This document shows positions 1 through 14,564 of a stretch of 64,000 nucleotides of DNA, in pieces. Location: positions 79,546,001-79,610,000 of the forward strand of contig OZ024743.1 of assembly GCA_964016885.1 (NCBI GenBank), in the 5' to 3' direction. A program made the position numbers and the translations under genes. This stretch comes from Eledone cirrhosa (Eukaryota). Below the pieces are notes generated by a model. It searched no databases, was not told the origin of the DNA, and saw nothing but the letters and a program-made list of their open reading frames with translations. How positions within the stretch are numbered: the first letter of the stretch is position 1; each line of letters opens with the position of its first letter.

Positions 1-39
1 AGTGTGATACAGTACGTAACTAGGCTGGCAATTATAGTT

Positions 40-176
40 ACAGGTAAAACTCATATTTTCCTTCAGCTCAATTGACAGACGCAGAGTGAAATAAAATGTT
101 ATTCTCAGAAATGCAACGCGCTGAGACTCGAACTCATTATCTTACGGCTGTAAACTCAACACTAACAACTAAGCCT
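40..176 (-). mobile_element. Degenerate tRNA-derived SINE relic
   Basis: Minus strand has A-box-like GGCTTAGTTGTTAG, B-box-like GAGTTCGAGTC, then a decayed core (...ATTTTATTTCACTCTG...) resembling the SINE that surrounds the 53-bp satellite. Confidence 0.45.
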
Positions 177-373
177 AATGAATAATCTCACCTATATAGA
201 GTTGTTGCCTGTAAGTTTATTAAAAATATCCATGTTTTACTCCTTAACTTAATTAGCATATTTTACACTTGCACTTTTCACAGCAACTAATGGATTCCCA
301 TAGATGTTAGTTCCAAGGAAGTTACAAAAGTAAGTCAAAGATTTCATACTTTATCAGTTAAATAAACAATCAA

Positions 374-700
374 AGCAACCAGCCAGCCAACCAGCCAGCC
401 AACCTGCCAGCCAACCAGCAAGCCAACCAACCAACCAGCCAGCCAACCAGCCAGTCAACTAGCCAAGTAGCCAAGCAGCCAACCAGCCAACCAACCAACA
501 GCCAACCACCAACCAGCCAACCAACCAACCAGCAAACCAACTAACCAGCCAAGCAACTAGCCAGCCATCCAACCAACCAACCAGCCAACCAACCAACCAA
601 TCAGCCAACCAACCAACCAACCAGCAAACCAACCAACCAGCCAACCAACCAGCAAACCAACCAACCAACCAACCAAACAGCCAAACAACCCGCCAACCAA
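374..700. repeat. (CAAC/CAGC)n tetranucleotide microsatellite
   Basis: Imperfect runs of ccaa/ccag. Confidence 0.95.
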
Positions 701-1495
701 CCACCACCACCACCACCACCACCACCACCACTACCACCACCACCACCACTACGACCACCACAACCGCCACCACCACTACCACCACCACCACCACATTACC
801 ACCACTAACACCACCGCCACCACCGGTACCACCACACCACCTACACTAACACCATCACCACCACCACCACCACCACCACAACCGCCACCACCACCACCAC
901 CACCACCACCACAACCGCCACCACCACTACCACCACACCACTACCGCTACCACCACCACAACCACTACCACCACCATCATGACCTCCACACCACCACCAC
1001 AGGCACTATCACCACCACCACCACCATCACCACCACTACCACCACCATCACCTCCACCGCCACCACCACTACTACCACCGTCACTTCCACTACCACCACC
1101 ACTACCACCACCATCACATCCACCACCACCACCACCACCACCACCACTACCACCTCGAACACCACCACCACACCACCCCAACACCACCACCACCACTAAC
1201 AACACCACCACCATCACCTCGACCACCACCACACCACTACCACCACCACCACCACCACTTCTACCACCACCACGACCACCACGACCACCACCGCCACCAC
1301 CGCCAGCACCACCACCACCACCACCACCACCACCACCACCTCGAACACCACCATCACACCACCACCAACACCACCACCACCACTAACAACACCACCACCA
1401 TCACCTCGACCACCACCACACCACTACCACCACCACCACCACCACTTCTACCGCCACCACCGCCACCACCACCACCACCACCACCACCACCACCA
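700..1495. repeat. (ACC)n trinucleotide microsatellite
   Basis: About 800 bp of imperfect acc/act repeats; source of the poly-Pro/Val/Gly ORFs. Confidence 0.97.
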
Positions 1496-1597
1496 CGTCG
1501 TGTCTCAAACTGCCGTTAATTTTTAATAGAATTCTTATCAGGAATTTTTTCTTAATCACATTTTTGTGGGAAAGACTTTGCACTGTTTGATTTATTT

Positions 1598-1627
1598 TTC
1601 TCTCTTTCTCGCTGTCGGTCTCTCTCT

Positions 1628-1700
<73 letters not shown>

Positions 1701-1744
1701 TCTCTCTCTCTCTTTCTCTCTCTCACTCTCTCTCTCCCCTCTCT
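1598..1744. repeat. (CT)n microsatellite
   Basis: Long ct dinucleotide run. Confidence 0.97.
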
Positions 1745-1805
1745 ATCCTTACTATTGCTTTTTTATCACTCACTTTTAATTGAAGGATATTATGGTCCCT
1801 TATAA

Positions 1806-1808
<3 letters not shown>

Positions 1809-1870
<62 letters not shown>

Positions 1871-2036
1871 TATATATATATATATATATTTATGTATATG
1901 TACTTATTTTATACATACATTCAACACCCAAGTATGCGTATGTGTGTATATGTGTATTTATGTGTGTGTGTATGTGCGTTTGTGTATTCCCATATATATA
2001 TATATATATGAATACACAAACGCACATACACACAGG

Positions 2037-2072
<36 letters not shown>
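1809..2072. repeat. Compound (TA)n/(TG)n microsatellite
   Basis: Several ta runs separated by tg/ca runs. Confidence 0.95.
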
Positions 2073-2074
<2 letters not shown>

Positions 2075-2594
2075 CCTCGTTATGTTTCTTCATTTTCCTG
2101 AAACATTAATAGAGTCTTAAAAACCCTGTCTTATTAAAACAAGATAAAAAACGTATTTTTCTCTCTGCTAGCGTCCATTGTGGTATTTTTATGGCAATTG
2201 GCTGTCTCTTAACAAGTTGGTCATAAAATTAAAAGAAAAAGATAAAACTTAGATCAAATTGGAATAATCCAATATGATTATCCTTCGAATTAATACAGTG
2301 TTTATTTTTTTATTTTGATTTTTTATTCCTCTTCAATTTTGTTTTATGTTTTAATCTATTTGGTTTCAAGCAAAAGAATGGAAAATTCTTGAATTTTTCA
2401 TAGGATAGTCGTAATGTTTCCCTTTTCACGTGAAGACAGAATATTAAATATTATTTTAGAATCTTAGTCAACCGGTTTGGAGAAGGTTAGGGGCGACAAT
2501 ATATGACGTGTTTTAGGAATCACATTAACAAAAATTAAGGAAGAAAATGTTTCTGTATTAAGTTAAAGGTTTTCACGAATGTTGGAGCTCATCA

Positions 2595-2728
2595 GACGGG
2601 TGCGTATTCCGGTTTCACGGGGCGTTAAACGACAGACTCTATAATAGTTCTCCTCCTTTCACAGAACAGCATTCCGCTGTAATGTTAGCTCAAGCTGTGT
2701 TATTAATATTTTCAACTGAGTGAACTAG
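2595..2728 (-). mobile_element. 3' part of a decayed SINE interrupted by the satellite
   Basis: ...caactgagtgaactagaag runs directly into the first satellite monomer, as expected for the reverse complement of a SINE core of the type GTTGTGTCCTTGAGCAAGACACTTCATTTCACGTTGCTCCAGTCCACTCAG (consensus recalled, not searched). Confidence 0.45.
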
Positions 2729-5700
2729 AAGATCGTGAAATGAAGTACCTTGCTTTAGACCACTACCTATCACCTCATCCTAAGATCGTGAAATGAAGTA
2801 CCTTGCTTTAGACCACAACCTATCACCTCATCCTAAGATCGTGAAATGAAGTACCTTGCTCTAGACCACAACCTATCACCTCGTCCAAAGATCGTGAAAT
2901 GAAGTACCTTGCTTTAGACCACTACCTATCACCTCATCCTAAGATCGTGAAATGAAGTACCTTGCTTTAGACCACAACCTATCACCTCATCCGAAGATCG
3001 TGAAATGAAGTACCTTGCTTTAGACCACAACCTATCACCTCATCTGAAGATCGTGAAATGAAGTACCTTGCTCTAGACCACAACCTATCACCTCATCCTA
3101 AGATCGTGAAATGAAGTACCTTGCTTTAGACCACAACCTATCACCTCGTCCAAAGATCGTGAAATGAAGTACCTTGCTTTAGACCACAACCTATCACCTC
3201 ATCCTAAGATCGTGAAATGAAGTACCTTGCTTTAGACCACAACCTATCACCTCATCCTAAGATCGTGAAATGAAGTACATTGCTCTAGACCACAACCTAT
3301 CACCTCATCTGAAGATCGTGAAAGGAAGTACATTGCTCTAGACCACAACCTATCACCTCATCTGAAGATCGTGAAAGGAAGTACCTTGCTTTAGACCACA
3401 ACCTATCACCTCATCTGAAGATCGTGAAAGGAAGTACCTTGCTTTAGACCACAACCTATCACCTCATCTGAAGATCGTGAAAGGAAGTACCTTGCTCTAG
3501 ACCACAACCTATCACCTCATCTGAAGATCGTGAAAAGAAGTACCTTGCTTTAGACCACAACCTATCACCTCATCTGAAGATCGTGAAAGGAAGTACATTG
3601 CTCTAGACCACAACCTATCACCTCATCTGAAGATCGTGAAATGAAGTACCTTGCTCTAGACCACAACCTATCACCTCATCTGAAGATCGTGAAAGGAAGT
3701 ACCTTGCTTTAGACCACAACCTATCACCTCATCTGAAGATCGTGAAAGGAAGTACATTGCTCTAGACCACAACCTATCACCTCATCTGAAGATCGTGAAA
3801 GGAAGTACATTGCTCTAGACCACAACCTATCACCTCATCTGAAGATCGTGAAATGAAGTACCTTGCTCTAGACCACAACCTATCACCTCATCTGAAGATC
3901 GTGAAATGAAGTACCTTGCTCTAGACCACAACCTATCACCTCATCTGAAGATCGTGAAATGAAGTACCTTGCTCTAGACCACAACCTATCACCTCATCTG
4001 AAGATCGTGAAATGAAGTACCTTGCTCTAGACCACAACCTATCACCTCATCCGAACATCGTGAAATGAAGTACCTTGCTTTAGACCACAACCTATCACCT
4101 CATCTGAAGATCGTGAAATGAAGTACCTTGCTCTAGACCACAACCTATCACCTCATCCGAAGATCGTGAAATGAAGTACTTTGCTTTAGACCACTACCTA
4201 TCTCCTCATCCGAAGATCGTGAAAGGAAGTGCTTTGCTCTAGACCACAACCTATCACCTCATCTGAAGATCGTGAAATGAAGTACCTTGCTCTAGACCAC
4301 AACCTATCACCTCATCCGAACATCGTGAAATGAAGTACCTTGCTTTAGACCACAACCTATCACCTCATCTGAAGATCGTGAAATGAAGTACCTTGCTCTA
4401 GACCACAACCTATCACCTCATCCGAAGATCGTGAAATGAAGTACCTTGCTTTAGACCACTACCTATCTCCTCATCCGAAGATCGTGAAAGGAAGTGCTTT
4501 GCTTTAGACCACAACCTATCACCTCATCTGAAGATCGTGAAAGGAAGTACATTGCTTTAGACCACAACCTATCACCTCATCTGAAGATCGTGAAATGAAG
4601 TACCTTGCTCTAGACCACAACCTATCACCTCATCCGAAGATCGTGAAATGAAGTACCTTGCTTTAGACCACTACCTATCACCTCATCCTAAGATCGTGAA
4701 ATGAAGTACCTTGCTCTAGACCACAACCTATCACCTCGTCTGAAGATCGTGAAATGAAGTACCTTGCTTTAGACCACAACCTATCACCTCGTCTGAAGAT
4801 CGTGAAATGAAGTACCTTGCTTTAGACCACAACCTATCACCTCGTCTGAAGATCGTGAAATGAAGTACCTTGCTTTAGACCACAACCTATCACCTCGTCT
4901 GAAGATCGTGAAATGAAGTACCTTGCTTTAGACCACTACCTATCACCTCGTCTGAAGATCGTGAAATGAAGTACCTTGCTTTAGACCACAACCTATCACC
5001 TCGTCTGAAGATCGTGAAATGAAGTACCTTGCTCTAGACCACAACCTATCACCTCATCCGAAGATCGTGAAATGAAGTACCTTGCTTTAGACCACAACCT
5101 ATCACCTCATCCGAAGATCGTGAAATGAAGTACCTTGCTCTAGACCACAACCTATCACCTCATCTGAAGATCGTGAAATAAAGTACCTTACTCTAGACCA
5201 CAACCTATCACCTCATCTGAAGATTGTGAAATGAAGTACCTTGCTTTAGACCACAACCTATCACCTCGTCCGAAGATCGTGAAATGAAGTACTTTGCTTT
5301 AGACCACAACCTATCACCTCATCTGAAGATCGTGAAATGAAGTACCTTGCTCTAGACCACAACCTATCACCTCATCTGAAGATCGTGAAATGAAGTACCT
5401 TGCTTTAGACCACTACCTATCTCCTCATCCGAAGATCGTGAAATGAAGTACCTTGCTCTAGACCACAACCTATCACCTCATCCGAACATCGTGAAATGAA
5501 GTACCTTGCTTTAGACCACAACCTATCACCTCATCTGAAGATCGTGAAATGAAGTACCTTGCTTTAGACCACAACCTATCACCTCATCTGAAGATCGTGA
5601 AATGAAGTACCTTGCTCTAGACCACAACCTATCACCTCATCTGAAGATCGTGAAATGAAGTACCTTGCTCTAGACCACTACCTATCACCTCATCTGAAGA

Positions 5701-8700
5701 TCGTGAAATGAAGTACCTTGCTCTAGACCACAACCTATCACCTCATCTGAAGATCGTGAAATGAAGTACCTTGCTTTAGACCACTACCTATCTCCTCATC
5801 CGAAGATCGTGAAATGAAGTACCTTGCTCTAGACCACAACCTATCACCTCATCCGAACATCGTGAAATGAAGTACCTTGCTTTAGACCACAACCTATCAC
5901 CTCATCTGAAGATCGTGAAAGGAAGTACCTTGCTTTAGACCACAACCTATCACCTCATCTGAAGATCGTGAAATGAAGTACCTTGCTCTAGACCACAACC
6001 TATCACCTCATCTGAAGATCGTGAAATGAAGTACCTTGCTCTAGACCACAACCTATCACCTCATCTGAAGATCGTGAAATGAAGTACCTTGCTCTAGACC
6101 ACAACCTATCACCTCATCCGAACATCGTGAAATGAAGTACCTTGCTTTAGACCACAACCTATCACCTCATCTGAAGATCGTGAAATGAAGTACCTTGCTC
6201 TAGACCACAACCTATCACCTCATCCGAACATCGTGAAATGAAGTACCTTGCTTTAGACCACAACCTATCACCTCATCTGAAGATCGTGAAATGAAGTACC
6301 TTGCTTTAGACCACTACCTATCACCTCATCCTAAGATCGTGAAATGAAGTACCTTGCTTTAGACCACAACCTATCACCTCATCTGAAGATGGTGAAATGA
6401 AGTACCTTGCTCTAGACCACAACCTATCACCTCATCCGAACATCGTGAAATGAAGTACCTTGCTTTAGACCACAACCTATCACCTCATCTGAAGATCGTG
6501 AAATGAAGTACCTTGCTTTAGACCACAACCTATCACCTCATCCTAAGATCGTGAAATGAAGTTCCTTGCTTTAGACCACTACCTATCACCTCATCCTAAG
6601 ATCGTGAAATGAAGTACCTTGCTCTAGACCACAACCTATCACCTCGTCCAAAGATCGTGAAATGAAGTACCTTGCTTTAGACCACTACCTATCACCTCAT
6701 CCTAAGATCGTGAAATGAAGTACCTTGCTTTAGACCACAACCTATCACCTCATCCGAAGATCGTGAAATGAAGTACCTTGCTCTAGACCACAACCTATCA
6801 CCTCGTCCAAAGATCGTGAAATGAAGTACCTTGCTTTAGACCACTACCTATCACCTCATCCTAAGATCGTGAAATGAAGTACCTTGCTTTAGACCACAAC
6901 CTATCACCTCGTCCAAAGATCGTGAAATGAAGTACCTTGCTTTAGACCACAACCTATCACCTCATCCTAAGATCGTGAAATGAAGTACCTTGCTCTAGAC
7001 CACAACCTATCACCTCGTCCAAAGATCGTGAAATGAAGTACCTTGCTTTAGACCACTACCTATCACCTCATCCTAAGATCGTGAAATGAAGTACCTTGCT
7101 TTAGACCACAACCTATCACCTCATCCTAAGATCGTGAAATGAAGTACATTGCTCTAGACCACAACCTATCACCTCATCTGAAGATCGTGAAAGGAAGTAC
7201 ATTGCTCTAGACCACAACCTATCACCTCATCTGAAGATCGTGAAAGGAAGTACCTTGCTTTAGACCACAACCTATCACCTCATCTGAAGATCGTGAAAGG
7301 AAGTACCTTGCTTTAGACCACAACCTATCACCTCATCTGAAGATCGTGAAAGGAAGTACCTTGCTCTAGACCACAACCTATCACCTCATCTGAAGATCGT
7401 GAAAAGAAGTACCTTGCTTTAGACCACAACCTATCACCTCATCTGAAGATCGTGAAAGGAAGTACATTGCTCTAGACCACAACCTATCACCTCATCTGAA
7501 GATCGTGAAATGAAGTACCTTGCTCTAGACCACAACCTATCACCTCATCTGAAGATCGTGAAAGGAAGTACCTTGCTTTAGACCACAACCTATCACCTCA
7601 TCTGAAGATCGTGAAAGGAAGTACATTGCTCTAGACCACAACCTATCACCTCATCTGAAGATCGTGAAAGGAAGTACATTGCTCTAGACCACAACCTATC
7701 ACCTCATCTGAAGATCGTGAAATGAAGTACCTTGCTCTAGACCACAACCTATCACCTCATCTGAAGATCGTGAAATGAAGTACCTTGCTCTAGACCACAA
7801 CCTATCACCTCATCTGAAGATCGTGAAATGAAGTACCTTGCTCTAGACCACAACCTATCACCTCATCTGAAGATCGTGAAATGAAGTACCTTGCTCTAGA
7901 CCACAACCTATCACCTCATCCGAACATCGTGAAATGAAGTACCTTGCTTTAGACCACAACCTATCACCTCATCTGAAGATCGTGAAATGAAGTACCTTGC
8001 TCTAGACCACAACCTATCACCTCATCCGAAGATCGTGAAATGAAGTACCTTGCTTTAGACCACTACCTATCTCCTCATCCGAAGATCGTGAAAGGAAGTG
8101 CTTTGCTCTAGACCACAACCTATCACCTCATCTGAAGATCGTGAAATGAAGTACCTTGCTCTAGACCACAACCTATCACCTCATCCGAACATCGTGAAAT
8201 GAAGTACCTTGCTTTAGACCACAACCTATCACCTCATCTGAAGATCGTGAAATGAAGTACCTTGCTCTAGACCACAACCTATCACCTCATCTGAAGATCG
8301 TGAAAGGAAGTACCTTGCTCTAGACCACAACCTATCACCTCATCCGAAGATCGTGAAATGAAGTACCTTGCTTTAGACCACTACCTATCTCCTCATCCGA
8401 AGATCGTGAAAGGAAGTGCTTTGCTTTAGACCACAACCTATCACCTCATCTGAAGATCGTGAAAGGAAGTACATTGCTCTAGACCACAACCTATCACCTC
8501 ATCTGAAGATCGTGAAATGAAGTACCTTGCTCTAGACCACAACCTATCACCTCATCCGAAGATCGTGAAATGAAGTACCTTGCTTTAGACCACTACCTAT
8601 CACCTCATCCTAAGATCGTGAAATGAAGTACCTTGCTCTAGACCACAACCTATCACCTCGTCTGAAGATCGTGAAATGAAGTACCTTGCTTTAGACCACA

Positions 8701-11700
8701 ACCTATCACCTCATCCTAAGATCGTGAAATGAAGTACCTTGCTCTAGACCACAACCTATCACCTCGTCCAAAGATCGTGAAATGAAGTACCTTGCTTTAG
8801 ACCACTACCTATCACCTCATCCTAAGATCGTGAAATGAAGTACCTTGCTTTAGACCACAACCTATCACCTCATCCGAAGATCGTGAAATGAAGTACCTTG
8901 CTCTAGACCACAACCTATCACCTCGTCCAAAGATCGTGAAATGAAGTACCTTGCTTTAGACCACTACCTATCACCTCATCCTAAGATCGTGAAATGAAGT
9001 ACCTTGCTTTAGACCACAACCTATCACCTCGTCAAAAGATCGTGAAATGAAGTACCTTGCTTTAGACCACAACCTATCACCTCATCCTAAGATCGTGAAA
9101 TGAAGTACCTTGCTCTAGACCACAACCTATCACCTCGTCCAAAGATCGTGAAATGAAGTACCTTGCTTTAGACCACTACCTATCACCTCATCCTAAGATC
9201 GTGAAATGAAGTACCTTGCTTTAGACCACAACCTATCACCTCATCCTAAGATCGTGAAATGAAGTACATTGCTCTAGACCACAACCTATCACCTCATCTG
9301 AAGATCGTGAAAGGAAGTACATTGCTCTAGACCACAACCTATCACCTCATCTGAAGATCGTGAAAGGAAGTACCTTGCTTTAGACCACAACCTATCACCT
9401 CATCTGAAGATCGTGAAAGGAAGTACCTTGCTTTAGACCACAACCTATCACCTCATCTGAAGATCGTGAAAGGAAGTACCTTGCTCTAGACCACAACCTA
9501 TCACCTCATCTGAAGATCGTGAAAAGAAGTACCTTGCTTTAGACCACAACCTATCACCTCATCTGAAGATCGTGAAAGGAAGTACATTGCTCTAGACCAC
9601 AACCTATCACCTCATCTGAAGATCGTGAAATGAAGTACCTTGCTCTAGACCACAACCTATCACCTCATCTGAAGATCGTGAAAGGAAGTACCTTGCTTTA
9701 GACCACAACCTATCACCTCATCTGAAGATCGTGAAAGGAAGTACATTGCTCTAGACCACAACCTATCACCTCATCTGAAGATCGTGAAAGGAAGTACATT
9801 GCTCTAGACCACAACCTATCACCTCATCTGAAGATCGTGAAATGAAGTACCTTGCTCTAGACCACAACCTATCACCTCATCTGAAGATCGTGAAATGAAG
9901 TACCTTGCTCTAGACCACAACCTATCACCTCATCTGAAGATCGTGAAATGAAGTACCTTGCTCTAGACCACAACCTATCACCTCATCTGAAGATCGTGAA
10001 ATGAAGTACCTTGCTCTAGACCACAACCTATCACCTCATCCGAACATCGTGAAATGAAGTACCTTGCTTTAGACCACAACCTATCACCTCATCTGAAGAT
10101 CGTGAAATGAAGTACCTTGCTCTAGACCACAACCTATCACCTCATCCGAAGATCGTGAAATGAAGTACCTTGCTTTAGACCACTACCTATCTCCTCATCC
10201 GAAGATCGTGAAAGGAAGTGCTTTGCTCTAGACCACAACCTATCACCTCATCTGAAGATCGTGAAATGAAGTACCTTGCTCTAGACCACAACCTATCACC
10301 TCATCCGAACATCGTGAAATGAAGTACCTTGCTTTAGACCACAACCTATCACCTCATCTGAAGATCGTGAAATGAAGTACCTTGCTCTAGACCACAACCT
10401 ATCACCTCATCCGAAGATCGTGAAATGAAGTACCTTGCTTTAGGCCACTACCTATCTCCTCATCCGAAGATCGTGAAAGGAAGTGCTTTGCTTTAGACCA
10501 CAACCTATCACCTCATCTGAAGATCGTGAAAGGAAGTACATTGCTCTAGACCACAACCTATCACCTCATCTGAAGATCGTGAAATGAAGTACCTTGCTCT
10601 AGACCACAACCTATCACCTCATCCGAAGATCGTGAAATGAAGTACCTTGCTTTAGACCACTACCTATCACCTCATCCTAAGATCGTGAAATGAAGTACCT
10701 TGCTCTAGACCAGAACCTATCACCTCGTCTGAAGATCGTGAAATGAAGTACCTTGCTTTAGACCACAACCTATCACCTCGTCTGAAGATCGTGAAATGAA
10801 GTACCTTGCTTTAGACCACAACCTATCACCTCGTCTGAAGATCGTGAAATGAAGTACCTTGCTTTAGACCACAACCTATCACCTCGTCTGAAGATCGTGA
10901 AATGAAGTACCTTGCTTTAGACCACTACCTATCACCTCGTCTGAAGATCGTGAAATGAAGTACCTTGCTTTAGACCACAACCTATCACCTCGTCTGAAGA
11001 TCGTGAAAGGAAGTACCTTGCTCTAGACCACAACCTATCACCTCATCTGAAGATCGTGAAAAGAAGTACCTTGCTTTAGACCACAACCTATCACCTCATC
11101 TGAAGATCGTGAAAGGAAGTACATTGCTCTAGACCACAACCTATCACCTCATCTGAAGATCGTGAAATGAAGTACCTTGCTCTAGACCACAACCTATCAC
11201 CTCATCTGAAGATCGTGAAAGGAAGTACCTTGCTTTAGACCACAACCTATCACCTCATCTGAAGATCGTGAAAGGAAGTACATTGCTCTAGACCACAACC
11301 TATCACCTCATCTGAAGATCGTGAAAGGAAGTACATTGCTCTAGACCACAACCTATCACCTCATCTGAAGATCGTGAAATGAAGTACCTTGCTCTAGACC
11401 CCAACCTATCACCTCATCTGAAGATCGTGAAATGAAGTACCTTGCTCTAGACCACAACCTATCACCTCATCTGAAGATCGTGAAATGAAGTACCTTGCTC
11501 TAGACCACAACCTATCACCTCATCTGAAGATCGTGAAATGAAGTACCTTGCTCTAGACCACAACCTATCACCTCATCCGAACATCGTGAAATGAAGTACC
11601 TTGCTTTAGACCACAACCTATCACCTCATCTGAAGATCGTGAAATGAAGTACCTTGCTCTAGACCACAACCTATCACCTCATCCGAAGATCGTGAAATGA

Positions 11701-13066
11701 AGTACCTTGCTTTAGACCACTACCTATCTCCTCATCCGAAGATCGTGAAAGGAAGTGCTTTGCTCTAGACCACAACCTATCACCTCATCTGAAGATCGTG
11801 AAATGAAGTACCTTGCTCTAGACCACAACCTATCACCTCATCCGAACATCGTGAAATGAAGTACCTTGCTTTAGACCACAACCTATCACCTCATCTGAAG
11901 ATCGTGAAATGAAGTACCTTGCTCTAGACCACAACCTATCACCTCATCCGAAGATCGTGAAATGAAGTACCTTGCTTTAGACCACTACCTATCTCCTCAT
12001 CCGAAGATCGTGAAAGGAAGTGCTTTGCTTTAGACCACAACCTATCACCTCATCTGAAGATCGTGAAAGGAAGTACATTGCTCTAGACCACAACCTATCA
12101 CCTCATCTGAAGATCGTGAAATGAAGTACCTTGCTCTAGACCACAACCTATCACCTCATCCGAAGATCGTGAAATGAAGTACCTTGCTTTAGACCACTAC
12201 CTATCACCTCATCCTAAGATCGTGAAATGAAGTACCTTGTTCTAGACCACAACCTATCACCTCGTCTGAAGATCGTGAAATGAAGTACCTTGCTTTAGAC
12301 CACAACCTATCACCTCGTCTGAAGATCGTGAAATGAAGTACCTTGCTTTAGACCACAACCTATCACCTCGTCTGAAGATCGTGAAATGAAGTACCTTGCT
12401 TTAGACCACAACCTATCACCTCGTCTGAAGATCGTGAAATGAAGTACCTTGCTTTAGACCACTACCTATCACCTCGTCTGAAGATCGTGAAATGAAGTAC
12501 CTTGCTTTAGACCACAACCTATCACCTCGTCTGAAGATCGTGAAATGAAGTACCTTGCTTTAGACCACTACCTATCACCTCGTCTGAAGTTCGTGAAATG
12601 AAGTACCTTGCTTTAGACCACAACCTATCACCTCGTCTGAAGATCGTGAAATGAAGTACCTTGCTCTAGACAAGAACCTATCACCTCATCCGAAGATCGT
12701 GAAATGAAGTACCTTGCTCTAGACCAGAACCTATCACCTCATCCGAAGATCGTGAAATGAAGTACCTTGCTTTAGACCACAACCTATCACCTCATCCGAA
12801 GATCGTGAAATGAAGTACCTTGCTCTAGACCAGAACCTATCACCTCATCCGAAGATCGTGAAATGAAATACCTTGCTTTAGACCACAACCTATCACCTCG
12901 TCCGAAGCTCGTAAAAGGAAGTGCTTTGCTTTAGACCACAACCTATCACCTCGTCCGAAGCTCGTAAAAAGAAGTGCCTTGCTTTAGACCACGACCTATC
13001 ACCTCATCCGAAGATCGTGAAAGGAAGTACCTTGCTCTAGACCACAACCTATCACCTCGTCCGAAC
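2729..13066. repeat. 53-bp tandem satellite, about 195 copies
   Basis: Unit aagatcgtgaaatgaagtaccttgctttagaccacaacctatcacctcatctg; gatcgtg at 2731, 2784 and so on; substitution variants only, register kept in multiples of 53. Confidence 0.99.
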
Positions 13067-14564
13067 AGCAAACACTATCTCACGATCGTGGACAGACCTC
13101 CGGATAATTTGTAATATTGTCGTAAAGACTTCAGTTTTTATGTGATGTAATCACATTGCTATTTTATACTTTTCAAGAATGTCTTCCTACTGCGTTTTCA
13201 TGTAGTTAATTCAAGTATTTATATTTTTACTAGTAGATAGATCATTGTGAAGATTTGCAGTATTAGAGTTAAGTTTTAAATTTTAAATGCGATTCTGTCA
13301 TTGTTGCTTTGTATTTTGTAGGAATGTCTTGCTAATCCAGTTTAGTGTAGTACAAGACGTCAACAATTGGGAGATGATTGTGATAGTTTTTAAAGATCTT
13401 TGTAAGTTACATGCGTTGTGAAAGGAAACAAAGGATGGGGCGGAGTGAATTTAACTCAAAGAAGGATTGCAAACATAACTCACAGAGAACTTCCACATCA
13501 TGAAATACAGCACAGGGCGGCGAATGATGAAAGAGATTGATAAATGAAGAGGTATGGAACAAGGAAATGCGAAGATTGAAGCTCGTTTGAAGCTAGATCG
13601 ATGCATGATCGAAGACATAACTCACTGAAAACTTAACTTCCATATCTTGAAACAGGTCACATGCTGATGAAACAGTCTTAATATATTAACACTTATTCAT
13701 ACTCAGGACCATAGACTTATAGATACGACTATAAGAATAAAAGGGATGAACGTGTAGCATATGGCTAGATAAACTGGCGCACGGTTTCAATTTCCCGGTG
13801 AACTTCAATTTCATAGAATTATTAATCCCATGAGAAAGGTCCTTTTATTGGTCACAATAAAACAAAAAAACACTTACAGTACCTTCTCAGCTCTCAATAG
13901 GTTTATTATCACGACAATGTCTCACAATTCATACATAACCAGGTGTCAGGTGATACCCACGAGGGAGCCTCTTTGTTTCAGCACCTTAACTTCATCACCA
14001 ATGGTAATGCTGCCAGTGTGTTGGCTTTTCTCAAAATCTTCCGTTGACCAGTGTGTTGTTACATTTGGTAGGGAATTGATAGTTGTTTTTGTTGTCTCAC
14101 TTTCCTTTTTTTTCTTTCTCACTTTGATCATATATATATTTGTGAGGTTCCTAGCAATAATTAATTGTATTTATTACATGTTTATATTTCTGTTTATATT
14201 TTCATTCTATAAGAATTTATAATGTTATACAACTGTGAATAATATGAAGTTTCACTATAAAAACAAATTATACATTAGTTTGGTCGAGGAGAAGAAACAA
14301 GGATATGTGTTCTGATGCGGCAGAGGGTAATTCAATTACCACGAGTCAACCATTAAATATAGTTGTGGTAGTTGAACGGTGAAACAGTACCAAGTCTTAA
14401 ATATAACAAATACAAGTGTGTGTCACACAATGTCACGTGTAAACAGTTGAGGTATAAAGTTCACCACAAGACACTGTTTTAATAGAGAGATCAATTAAAA
14501 AGCAACACTATTTTGTTGCTTACTGATAGTATTAGTAATGATTGTTAGTTAACACTTACCAGCA

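Noticed and set aside
459-2109. Poly-Pro/Val/Gly/Ser-Leu/Ile-Tyr ORFs
   Set aside because: Translations of microsatellites; no domain or gene structure.
2729-13066. 53-bp array as a CRISPR array or coding repeat
   Set aside because: No unique spacers and no cas genes; 53 is not a multiple of 3 and the track shows no ORFs here.
13470-13660. Short imperfect duplication (cataactcac...acttcca.atc.tgaaa) in the inter-array region
   Set aside because: Two decayed ~40-bp copies with no ORF or structure to support a call.
13830-14222. 130-aa plus-strand ORF
   Set aside because: Low-complexity T-rich 3' half, no recognisable domain; likely chance.
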